Below the pieces are notes generated by a model. The model was not told where the DNA came from, made no database searches, and saw only the letters and a list, made by a program, of their open reading frames with translations. Positions 20,496-29,441 of a stretch of DNA of 64,000 nt are shown here, in pieces; within the stretch, counting starts at the first letter, position 1; the number at the start of each line of letters is the position of its first letter. The translations under genes were made by a program, and so were the position numbers. This DNA comes from Acidobacteriota bacterium. Lineage in GTDB: Bacteria > Acidobacteriota > UBA6911 > RPQK01 > JAJDTT01. The stretch is from positions 128,001 through 192,000 of the forward strand of contig CBDCJH010000002.1 in NCBI GenBank assembly GCA_965217775.1. Reading direction: 5' to 3'.

Positions 20496-22232
20496 TCACC
20501 GGCCGCTCTCGCTCAGGAAGGCGGCCATGGTCTCGATATTTCGGGCGAAGGTTCGGGAGCTGATGATCCGCTCCAGCGGCGGCTTGTCTCCGCGAAAGAC
20601 GTTCAGCCTCCCGTTCTCGTTCAGGGGAACAGTCCGATCGCCGACGGTCACGACCATGTTCTCGGCTGCAAACAGGAAGATCACCGGGTCGGCCTTGCCC
20701 ACCGACCCCTCCTCGACCCACGCCCCCCGCGGGTCCATGCTCTGCACCAGGCTCCGGACCCGCCGGGACAGTTCCTGGCCGGACGGAAACGCAGTTTCTC
20801 CCCGCCAGGGCGAGAGGCCCTGGAGGCGCTCCGGGCGTCGAATGGCCGTGGGATCCTGGGAGAGCAGTGACCGGTATTCCTGCTCCGCCTTCTCCAGGCG
20901 GGTGCCGTCGGTCCAAAGGCCGTAGTGGGTGATGACGCTCTCGGGCGAGTAGCTCAGCTCGTACCCGTCCAGCAGGCGGCTGGATCCCGTCTCCACCCGG
21001 ACCCGGCTCCCCTTGGTGATGAAGAGGGGACGATTGGTGCCGAGCTCATAGAATCGAGCCAGACAGAGTTCTTCGGGACCACATCGTCCTCCTTCCCGGC
21101 GCCAGGGCCCTTCGGGCGGCAGGTTGGATTTGCGCAGGTACTCGACGGCCCGGGGAACGGGCTCCAGGTACTTCTTCCGGCCGGTCTCGCGGTACAGGAC
21201 CAGGAGCATCTGCAGCACGGCCTGAGACTCGGAGCCGGTGATCGACGGCGGCTCGAAGATCCTGCCCCAGGCGGGGTGCATACGGTCGTCATACTGCTGC
21301 GCCCAGGCGGGCTGGGGATCGGGCATCTGGGCCAGCAGAAGGAAGTCGCCCCCCTTTTCGGCCACGGCCCGGTAGCGAGGCTCGCCATAGATTCGCGCCG
21401 CCTCCAGGAAGGTGTCGATCACGTCCAGGATGGCGTTGTCGTTGAGGGTGTAGTGGTGCCGGTAGTCGGGACCCGGCCATTCGCGCGACCACGAGTCGGG
21501 ATACGCGGCGGACCGGGTGGCCGGGAGCCCAGGATCGGCCACCTTCTGAAAACGCTGGGGCCAGGCGCCGTTGGGGTATTGGGCCCGGGCCAGTTGATCG
21601 AGAGCGTAAAGGCTCGCCTCGTGGATCTTCGGGTCCTGGAATCCCAATTCCCGATCCACCCTCATCAGGAGGCGGAGCGCACCCTGGGTGACGTTGTCGT
21701 CCAACGTGCTGGCCGCCTTGGGTCCGGCGGTCTCTCCTTCCGGAGCGGAATCCAGCCTCTCGGCACAGTCCCCATCGACGCGGTAGGGATATGAACGGCG
21801 TTTCTCGGGATCCAATTCGATGATGTAGTCCCACCCCCCTGAACAGTGCTGCCCCCGAACCAGAAGCAGTGCAGTTTCCCGAGCCGCCTCCAGAAGGTCA
21901 GGGTCTCCCGTGGCCTCGTAGGCCCTCAGGTAGGCCATTCCCACCCGGGGCGTGCCTCCGGTCTGCACCGTGACCTGAGACGGACCCTCGGCCGCCTCGG
22001 ACCGCCCGTAGCTCAGGTCCGTGGCGTAACGGAAATGGTAACCGCCGGAGTTGGACACCTGAGTGCGGAAGAACTCCACCGCCTGTTTCAGGGCCTTCCG
22101 CACCTCCTCCGGGCCGACTGCTGCCGTCCCCGGACCTTCCTGCGGCGGAAAACAGGCGATCGGTCCCATTAAGGTCCAGAGTGCCACGAAACCTGAGCGA
22201 ACGCGTCTTCCGAGATCCGGTCCCAGTCCCAC
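20496..22232 (-). CDS. Pectate lyase PL10 (PelA)-like exported protein
   Basis: 'STLDDNVT', 'AQYPNGAWPQ', 'TLNDNA', 'WAQQY...PAWGRIFEPP', 'ARFYELGTNRPLF'. Confidence 0.8.
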   Translation of the reverse strand: MGLGPDLGRRVRSGFVALWTLMGPIACFPPQEGPGTAAVGPEEVRKALKQAVEFFRTQVSNSGGYHFRYATDLSYGRSEAAEGPSQVTVQTGGTPRVGMAYLRAYEATGDPDLLEAARETALLLVRGQHCSGGWDYIIELDPEKRRSYPYRVDGDCAERLDSAPEGETAGPKAASTLDDNVTQGALRLLMRVDRELGFQDPKIHEASLYALDQLARAQYPNGAWPQRFQKVADPGLPATRSAAYPDSWSREWPGPDYRHHYTLNDNAILDVIDTFLEAARIYGEPRYRAVAEKGGDFLLLAQMPDPQPAWAQQYDDRMHPAWGRIFEPPSITGSESQAVLQMLLVLYRETGRKKYLEPVPRAVEYLRKSNLPPEGPWRREGGRCGPEELCLARFYELGTNRPLFITKGSRVRVETGSSRLLDGYELSYSPESVITHYGLWTDGTRLEKAEQEYRSLLSQDPTAIRRPERLQGLSPWRGETAFPSGQELSRRVRSLVQSMDPRGAWVEEGSVGKADPVIFLFAAENMVVTVGDRTVPLNENGRLNVFRGDKPPLERIISSRTFARNIETMAAFLSESGR

Positions 22233-22382
22233 GAATTCTCTCCTTTATTCTGTTGGCGAAGGTCAGGTCGACCGGACCGAAGTATGTTTCCGTCCGAGGC
22301 TCCGAGTCAACGCCGTGATCCAGTGCCGACGCCGACGGTTTTACTGCGATTTAATGAAGGAAAGCTTCCCCGATGACCCAAC

Positions 22383-23930
22383 TCAGCGTCTCGAAGCCAA
22401 GTCCCGCAACTCCGAATTCGCACGTTCGGCGGTCTCCTGATCGCCTGCGGCCGTCGCAGCCTTGCGCAGACCCAGCAGTGAGAGGGCGCGCCTGGGCGTG
22501 CGTTCCAGGGAGGCCTGGAATGCCTTCAATGCATCGCCGGCCTGGTCAGTCGCCAACAGTATCTCGCCAAGCAACTCAGGGGCCGGCTTGGGTGGAATCG
22601 ACGGTCCATAACCGAACGGAGTCCGCTCTTCGAACTGAACCGCTTGGCGGAGGGTCGCGACGGCGGCGTCCGGCTTGCCGTCTTCGAGCTGCAAAAGGCC
22701 TTCGAGTTCCAGCGCGGCAATGGGCAGTGAGGTCTCTTCATCAGCTTCGGCGTCCGCCTTGGCACGAAGCTTCGCAGCCCATTCGCGGGCGCCGGAGACG
22801 TCTCCGGTCTTGAGCGCGCGGAATCCCTCGGCGAGCGCGTTTGCACCCCAGGCCCTCGGGGACAGATCGCCGTCAACGGCCCGGACGTCGGCGGTCCATT
22901 GTTCCCCGTCCATGAGCAGGTGCGCTCGCATGTAAGCTTGGTGGTTGCGAGTGCGTTTCGAGTCCGCTTGGGCGGCATCCTGCTCGACGATCGACAGCTT
23001 CTCCCGGGCTTCGGCCAGCATCCCCTTTTGCAGATACGCGTATTGCATCCACCAGAGGGCGTGATAGCCCCGATCGTCGCTTCCCAAGCCCAGGCGAGCG
23101 ATGCGGTCCTCGGAGGAATTCCAAGAGTCGAGGTTCGAAGAGATGCACTCATCCCACATGCCCAGCGCCAGGAAGATGTGCGACGGCATGTGCTGGGCGT
23201 GGGGCGCCGCCGAGGCCACCTTCGAATAGAGGTGTGCATACCGTAGGCCGAGAGGGGCATGGACCGGATCATCGAAGGCGTGGATCAGGTAGTGCAGCGC
23301 TCCTGGGTGATTGGGATTCCTCCGAAAGACTCCTTCGCCGATCGACGCGATCTTCATGTACGTCCGATGGTCACGCTCCCCGCCGGTCACGCCGAACATC
23401 GAGACGGCGTAAAGGCTGGCGGCTTCCTGATCCTCCGGATAAGCTCTCGATACCTGCCCCATCGCGTCGGAGTAGCGTCTCCAGCGCCGATCTCGCTCAC
23501 CATCGCCAAACAGGATCGCGGCAGCGTCCAGGTAGGCCTGTTCCCTGGGGGTGACGGACGAACCGCCGGGAGCCTGCTCGAGGGCCGAGCGCCCCTCGTC
23601 CAGGTTCTCGCGACCCCAGACCGGCCGATAATGCGTGAGTGCCTCTCCCCAATGAGACAGTGCGAATGAAGAATCGACGGCCTGAGCGTCGCGAAACGCC
23701 GCCGCCGCGTCGTCGTATTCGAAGCTGTGCAAGAGCAGCATGCCTCGAAAGAAGGGCTCCTGGGCGGCGGCGCCACCGCTGTTGGGAAAGCTGATGACAC
23801 CTAGTTGCGTTCCGATTTTTCGAACGGTTTCGCTTTGATCGCCGACCCCGCCGCCGGAAGTGACAATGTCCGTGACATCGCACGCCGAGGCCAGGAGAAC
23901 GACACCGGCAGCCACCAGAGTTTTCAGCAT
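22383..23930 (-). CDS. TPR-like helical lipoprotein
   Basis: Lipobox ASAC; 'LLHSFEY', 'HPGALHYLIHAFD', 'HAQHMPSHIF' conserved His motifs. Confidence 0.8.
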   Translation of the reverse strand: MLKTLVAAGVVLLASACDVTDIVTSGGGVGDQSETVRKIGTQLGVISFPNSGGAAAQEPFFRGMLLLHSFEYDDAAAAFRDAQAVDSSFALSHWGEALTHYRPVWGRENLDEGRSALEQAPGGSSVTPREQAYLDAAAILFGDGERDRRWRRYSDAMGQVSRAYPEDQEAASLYAVSMFGVTGGERDHRTYMKIASIGEGVFRRNPNHPGALHYLIHAFDDPVHAPLGLRYAHLYSKVASAAPHAQHMPSHIFLALGMWDECISSNLDSWNSSEDRIARLGLGSDDRGYHALWWMQYAYLQKGMLAEAREKLSIVEQDAAQADSKRTRNHQAYMRAHLLMDGEQWTADVRAVDGDLSPRAWGANALAEGFRALKTGDVSGAREWAAKLRAKADAEADEETSLPIAALELEGLLQLEDGKPDAAVATLRQAVQFEERTPFGYGPSIPPKPAPELLGEILLATDQAGDALKAFQASLERTPRRALSLLGLRKAATAAGDQETAERANSELRDLASRR

Positions 23931-24083
23931 TTTCTTCCTCCCCATGGGGAATTTCCGTAAGGATCTCTCAACTATATCGAAATCGAGCAATTCCCCCATG
24001 GGTCCCGCTCCCCACACCCACTGAGCCGGTCAGATCACCTGTCGGCAGTACCGGCATACGTTTCTTGGCCAAGGCCAAGGCAA

Positions 24084-24114
24084 TTGACAGCTTCCGACGA
24101 TCTGATGCTAGAAT
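24084..24114 (+). promoter_or_regulatory. Putative sigma70 promoter for the Gld-type ABC cluster
   Basis: TTGACA (24084-24089) and extended -10 TGcTAGAAT (24106-24114); spacer is 19 nt, slightly long. Confidence 0.5.
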
Positions 24115-24266
24115 ATCTTTTCTTGCGGGACACTTCCCCGCTGCAAGTTGCACGAGTGGGCTGGTTGTTGGCAAGTGAACCCGAACTCGCCCCCGACGGA
24201 TGCCCAGTCGTTTATCGAGAGTGATCGGTCCGTGTCGCCGGTAACGTATCAATGAGGAAGGAGAAC

Positions 24267-25082
24267 ATGGAAAGCTCCCCCCGCACCATGATCGAAGCCC
24301 AAGGGCTCAGCAAGTACTACGGGCCCTTCGTCGCCATAGAGGACATCAGTTTCTCCATCCCGGAAGGCCAGATCGTCGCCTTTCTGGGGCCCAATGGAGC
24401 GGGCAAGTCCACCACCATCAGGATTCTCACCGGCTATCTGGCCGCCAGTGGCGGGACCGCTCTCATCGGCGGTCTCAACGTCCACCAGAAGCGGCTCGAA
24501 GCGGCCCGGATTCTCGGTTACCTGCCCGAGAACGGGCCCTTGTACCTGGACATGACACCTTCGGAGCTGCTCAGGTTCTTCGGAGAGGCTCGCGGCCTGG
24601 CCGGCGACGAACTGGAGGATCGCCTCGACGCCGTGAGCCGGCAGTTCGCTCTGGACGACGTTCTGGAGAAGCCCATCGGGAAGCTCTCCCGCGGATACCG
24701 GCAGCGGGTGGGGCTGGCCCAAGCCATGCTCCACGATCCCGAGGTCCTCATCATGGACGAGCCCACGGCCGGCCTGGACCCGAACCAGATCCGGGAATTC
24801 CGCTCCAGCATCCAGGAACTGGGAAAGCGCAAGACGATCCTCATTTCGACTCACATCCTGCAGGAAGTGAACGCCGTGGCCGACCGCGTACTCTTCGTCC
24901 ACGATGGGCGAATGATCTTTGACGGGAGTCCCCGGGAGCTGATGCAGGACGGCTCTCTGGAGAGATCCTTCTACCGCATGACTCAGCCGGACACCGGCGG
25001 GGCCGCCGTCTCGACCGGGGACGGATCGGCCACAGAAGAGGCCGAAGTCACGGCCGCGTCCGAATCGGGAGGTGGAGAGTGA
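24267..25082 (+). CDS. ABC ATP-binding protein, GldA-like
   Basis: GPNGAGKST, LSRGYRQRVG, DEPTAGLDPNQ; AAGGAG RBS. Confidence 0.92.
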   Translation: MESSPRTMIEAQGLSKYYGPFVAIEDISFSIPEGQIVAFLGPNGAGKSTTIRILTGYLAASGGTALIGGLNVHQKRLEAARILGYLPENGPLYLDMTPSELLRFFGEARGLAGDELEDRLDAVSRQFALDDVLEKPIGKLSRGYRQRVGLAQAMLHDPEVLIMDEPTAGLDPNQIREFRSSIQELGKRKTILISTHILQEVNAVADRVLFVHDGRMIFDGSPRELMQDGSLERSFYRMTQPDTGGAAVSTGDGSATEEAEVTAASESGGGE

Positions 25083-27841
25083 AGCGACCCGAGATCAACA
25101 CCACTTTCGTCCTGGCACTGGTCAAGCGGGACCTGTGGAAGTACTTCACGAGTCCCACCGGCTATGTCTTCATCACGCTGTTCATCCTTCTGAGCACCGC
25201 CGCGGCCTTTTGGCAGGATCGTTTCTTTCTGGACAACCTGGCCAATCTGGACCAGCTCAACTACATGTTTCCCTACCTGCTCCTGTTCTTCATTCCGGCG
25301 CTCACCATGTCGGTCTGGTCCGAGGAGAGGAAGCAGGGCACCGACGAGCTGCTCTTCACCTTGCCGGCCACCAGCCTTGAGATCGTCATCGGCAAGTATC
25401 TGGCCACCCTCGGCATCTACACCGCGTCTCTGGTGCTTTCCCTGAGCCACGTCCTGGTCCTGGGTTGGCTCGGCAGTCCCGATCTGGGACTCATGTTCAG
25501 CAATTATGTCGGTTACTGGCTGCTGGGAGGCGCATTGATCGCCGTGGGGATGCTGGCCTCGCTGCTCACGGCAAACGCCACCATAGCCTTCATCATGGGC
25601 GCCGTGTTCTGCGCCTTCTTCGTTCTAATCGACCTGATGGGCTCCCTCGGAGCCGGTCTGGATGAGCTGGTGGCTCCACTCGGGGTCTATCGGCACTTCG
25701 ACGACTTCGCCCGCGGCGTCATGAGCTTCTCCGGGCTCCTCTACTTCCTGTCCATCGCCGGACTCATGCTCTACCTCAACGTGCTCCTGGTGGAGAAGCG
25801 GCATTGGCCCCGAGAGGCCGACGGGCGTCCCATGTGGCTCCACCATTCGATGCGGACGGTCGGCCTGGTGCTGGCCGTGATCGGCCTCAACCTGATTCTG
25901 GGACGAGCGGGCCTCCGCGGCGACGCCACCGCCGAGGGCCTCCACTCACTGAGCGACGAGACGGTCTCCCTGATTTCCGAGTTGTCCGACGATCGCCCCG
26001 TCTTCATCCAGGCGTACGTGAGCCCCGAGGTCCCGGAGCAGTTGGTGCAGACCCGGGCCAATCTGCTGGGAGTGCTGGGAGAGATCGAATCGGTGGGAGG
26101 CGCGCGGATTCAGGTTCTGATCGAGGATACGGAACCCTTCACCCAAGCGGCTCGCGATGCCCGGGAGAAATTCGGAATCACCCCCCGGCAGGTGCCCCAT
26201 CTGGGCAGCGCCCGCGCCGGCTTCACCGACGTGTTCCTGGGCGTGGCCTTCACCTGCGGCGCCGAGGAGCAGGTGACTCCCTTTCTCGAGCGGGGCTTGC
26301 CCATCGAGTACGAGATCACTCGCAGCGTTCGGGTGGTGGCCAAGACGGAACGGAAAACGGTCGGCATCCTGGGAACCGAAGCCAAGCTCTTCGGTGGATT
26401 CGACTTCCAGAGCATGCGCAGCAATCCGTCCTGGCCGGTGGTGGAGGAGTTGAGGAAGCAGTACGACGTGGTGCAGGTTTCGTCGGCCGCTCCCATCCGG
26501 CAGGAATTGGACGGCCTCTTCGCGGCCCTGCCCTCCTCTTTGCCTCAACCGGAATTGGACAACTTGCTGGAATATATGCAGCAGGGACACCCGACACTCC
26601 TGCTGGTGGACCCGTTGCCCATTGTCAATATCGGGCTTTCGCCCTCGGAGCGATCCGGCGCCAACGTCAACCCCTTTCAGCGCCAGCAGGGTCCGCCTCC
26701 CAAGCCGAAGGGGGACATCCTGACCCTGCTCGCCCGGATCGGAGTCCGCTGGGACAAGGCCGGGATCGTCTGGGACAGCTACAACCCCCACCCCGACCTG
26801 GCCCATCTGCCGGAGGAAGTGGTCTTCGTCGGTGAGGGGAACGACAATGAACAGGCCTTCAACCGGGAGCACCCGGCCAGCGTCGCCCTCCAGGAGCTGG
26901 TCTTCCTGTTCCCCGGTCACCTGAAGCGGGAGGCCGGCTCCGACTTGGAATTCCAGCCACTGGTTCGCTCCGGCCAGGCGTCGGCGGTCCAGAACTACTC
27001 CCGGATGGTTCAGCGGAACTTTTTCGGAGTCCAATTGGCCCGCAGGCTTCCACATCGGCCGGATGACCGGGATTACATCCTGGCCGCGCACGTCCGGAGC
27101 AAGGATCTGGAGACGGAGCAGGGTGAATCCGGGACTGAAGCCGAGGTGTCCGAGGAGGAGGCCTCGGAAGGCGCCGCGGAAAGTACCGACCCGGACCGGG
27201 AGGGAGAGACGAAGGAGGACGAGCCCGAGCGGATCAACGCCATCGTGGTGGCGGACCTGGATTTCATCTCCCAGCAGTTCTTCTCGATCCGGGCTCAAGG
27301 CCCCGAGACGCTCAACTTCGACAACGTCACCTTCTTCCTCAACTGCATGGACGTTCTCATGGGTGACGAATCCTTCGTAGCCCTCCGCAACAAGCGCGTG
27401 CGCCACCGGACTCTGGAGCGGGTCGAAGCGCAGACTCGCAGCTTTATCGAACAGCGGGTCAAGGACGAGGAGGAAGCCGAAGAAGTGGCCGAGAAGGCCC
27501 TCAAGCAGGCTCAGGAGCGCCTGCAGGAGAAAGTGGACGAGGTGCGCCAGCGCCTGGACTTGGACGCTCAGGCCAAGCAGATCATGGCCCAGAATCTCCA
27601 GGAAGTCGAAAATCGCCGCTTCGAGGTCCTGAAGGCCAACATCGAAGCGGAAAAAGAGTCCAAGATCAGCGCCAGCAAGGAGAACATGGAGAGTCAGATC
27701 CGGAGGATCCAGGGCAACATCCGGACCTACGCGGTCCTGCTCCCTCCGGTTCCCGTGTTCGTACTTGGCGTGCTGATCTTTGTGCGCCGCCAGCGCCGGG
27801 AAGAGGAAGGCGCGCGGGCGGCCCGAAGGTTGAGGTCGTAG
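25079..27841 (+). CDS. Fused GldF-like permease / GldG-like substrate-binding protein
   Basis: N-terminal ABC-2 TM ('SEERKQGTDELLFTLP'), 'DATAEGLHSLS', periplasmic domain, coiled coil, C-terminal TM. Confidence 0.85.
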   Translation: MKRPEINTTFVLALVKRDLWKYFTSPTGYVFITLFILLSTAAAFWQDRFFLDNLANLDQLNYMFPYLLLFFIPALTMSVWSEERKQGTDELLFTLPATSLEIVIGKYLATLGIYTASLVLSLSHVLVLGWLGSPDLGLMFSNYVGYWLLGGALIAVGMLASLLTANATIAFIMGAVFCAFFVLIDLMGSLGAGLDELVAPLGVYRHFDDFARGVMSFSGLLYFLSIAGLMLYLNVLLVEKRHWPREADGRPMWLHHSMRTVGLVLAVIGLNLILGRAGLRGDATAEGLHSLSDETVSLISELSDDRPVFIQAYVSPEVPEQLVQTRANLLGVLGEIESVGGARIQVLIEDTEPFTQAARDAREKFGITPRQVPHLGSARAGFTDVFLGVAFTCGAEEQVTPFLERGLPIEYEITRSVRVVAKTERKTVGILGTEAKLFGGFDFQSMRSNPSWPVVEELRKQYDVVQVSSAAPIRQELDGLFAALPSSLPQPELDNLLEYMQQGHPTLLLVDPLPIVNIGLSPSERSGANVNPFQRQQGPPPKPKGDILTLLARIGVRWDKAGIVWDSYNPHPDLAHLPEEVVFVGEGNDNEQAFNREHPASVALQELVFLFPGHLKREAGSDLEFQPLVRSGQASAVQNYSRMVQRNFFGVQLARRLPHRPDDRDYILAAHVRSKDLETEQGESGTEAEVSEEEASEGAAESTDPDREGETKEDEPERINAIVVADLDFISQQFFSIRAQGPETLNFDNVTFFLNCMDVLMGDESFVALRNKRVRHRTLERVEAQTRSFIEQRVKDEEEAEEVAEKALKQAQERLQEKVDEVRQRLDLDAQAKQIMAQNLQEVENRRFEVLKANIEAEKESKISASKENMESQIRRIQGNIRTYAVLLPPVPVFVLGVLIFVRRQRREEEGARAARRLRS

Positions 27842-27895
27842 GGACGTCCGTTGTGGGCGCCCTCTTCGACCGGACCCGGAGTGCCGGTGTCATAT

Positions 27896-28053
27896 CAGCC
27901 CGTGGCAAAAGTCGTCACGGCATTCGACCGTCCCTGCATCCCGGCGGACTGCGTTGCGATTCGGTCACATACTCCCGGTATGCTCCCGAATCGCGCCTTG
28001 TCCGGCGGGCGCAGGAACGGTCTCGGTGCTCGCGAGACTTTCACCACGGACTG
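27896..28053 (+). mobile_element. MITE-like element copy 5 (subtype A), 158 bp, ATAT target duplication
   Basis: ATAT at 27892-27895 and 28054-28057; lies inside an apparent operon. Confidence 0.92.
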
Positions 28054-28084
28054 ATATTCCAAAAAAGGTTGAGGTCATAGAACC

Positions 28085-29374
28085 ATGAGTGAAACCAACA
28101 AATCCTTGAGCTACCTGGGCGGCGGCGTCCTGATTCTGCTGGTCGCCCTGGTGACGGTTCCCAGCAGGGTCACCCCCGACGCTTTCATGGACGTCGGCGA
28201 ATCCTTCTTCCCCGAGTTCAGCGATCCGAACGTAGCGGTCTCGCTGGAGGTGGTGGATTTCGACGGGGACACGGCATCGGCCCGCCCCTTCAAGGTGACC
28301 TCTCAGGGAGGGAAGTGGACCATCCCATCGCACCACGACTATCCCGCCGACGGCAAGGAGCTCCTGGCCAAGACGGCCGCCGGCATCATCGAGATGCGTA
28401 AGGACGACTTCCGGTCCAACAACGTCTCGGACCATGAGACCTGTGGAGTCCTGGACCCGCTGGACGAAGGAGAGACCAGCCTGCGGGGCCGGGGACGCCG
28501 GGTCACCATCAAAGGGGAGGGAAACGAGGTCCTGGCCGATCTGATCGTGGGCAAGAAGGTGGAGGAGCGGGAGAACCTCCGCTTCGTTCGGTTGCCGGAC
28601 CAGAAGCGGGTCTATGTGGCCCAGATGCCGGTAGAGCCCTCCACCAAGTTCGAGGACTGGATCGAGAAGGACCTGCTGCAGCTTGAGAAGGACGACATCG
28701 TCCGCGTGGTCCTGGAGAACTACTCCATCAACGAGCGCACCGGCTCGCTCAATCGGCGCGGCAAGCTGGACCTGACCAAGAAGGGCAGCGATTGGACCCT
28801 CGACAAACTTCGCTCCAACGAGGAGATGGAGACGTACCGGGCCAGCGAGCTGATGCGGTCCATCGACGAGCTCAACATCGTGGGTGTCCGGCCCAAACCT
28901 GCGGGGTTGTCCCGCACCCTGATGCGGACCGAGGGGTCGTCCAGAATCACCCAGGCCGACATGATGTCTCTCCAGAGCAAGGGGTTCTACTTCACGCGCC
29001 AGGGATCGCTGGTCTCCAACGAAGGAGAGATGACGGTCCTGACCTCCGACGGTGTGACCTACACCCTCCGCTTCGGCGAGGTCGTCTACGGGTCGGGGGA
29101 GGCGGTCACCGCCGGCAGCGACGCCAGTGACGACAAGGAGAGCGGTCCCGGTGAGAATCGCTACCTTTTCATCAGCACCTCATTTGAGGAGAAGGACATC
29201 CAGAACCCTGCAACGGAGGAAGAGGAGCGAAAGAAACAGGTGGAGGAGGCGCAGGAGCGCTCCGATCAGCTCAATTCCCGTTTCGCCGCCTGGTACTACG
29301 TCATCTCCGACGACAGCTTCGACCGGGTCCACCTGAGCCGCGACGACCTGGTGAGAGAGAAAGCCAAGACCTGA
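28085..29374 (+). CDS. DUF4340-domain protein
   Basis: N-terminal TM; 'WTIPSHHDYPAD', 'LIVGK...FVR..DQKRVY'; usual position after GldG-like genes. Confidence 0.75.
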   Translation: MSETNKSLSYLGGGVLILLVALVTVPSRVTPDAFMDVGESFFPEFSDPNVAVSLEVVDFDGDTASARPFKVTSQGGKWTIPSHHDYPADGKELLAKTAAGIIEMRKDDFRSNNVSDHETCGVLDPLDEGETSLRGRGRRVTIKGEGNEVLADLIVGKKVEERENLRFVRLPDQKRVYVAQMPVEPSTKFEDWIEKDLLQLEKDDIVRVVLENYSINERTGSLNRRGKLDLTKKGSDWTLDKLRSNEEMETYRASELMRSIDELNIVGVRPKPAGLSRTLMRTEGSSRITQADMMSLQSKGFYFTRQGSLVSNEGEMTVLTSDGVTYTLRFGEVVYGSGEAVTAGSDASDDKESGPGENRYLFISTSFEEKDIQNPATEEEERKKQVEEAQERSDQLNSRFAAWYYVISDDSFDRVHLSRDDLVREKAKT

Positions 29375-29441
29375 GCCGTCCACACACGCGCTGTCGGGTG
29401 GCATCGACCATTGCCGCCTGAAACGGACAGTAGAACAGTTA

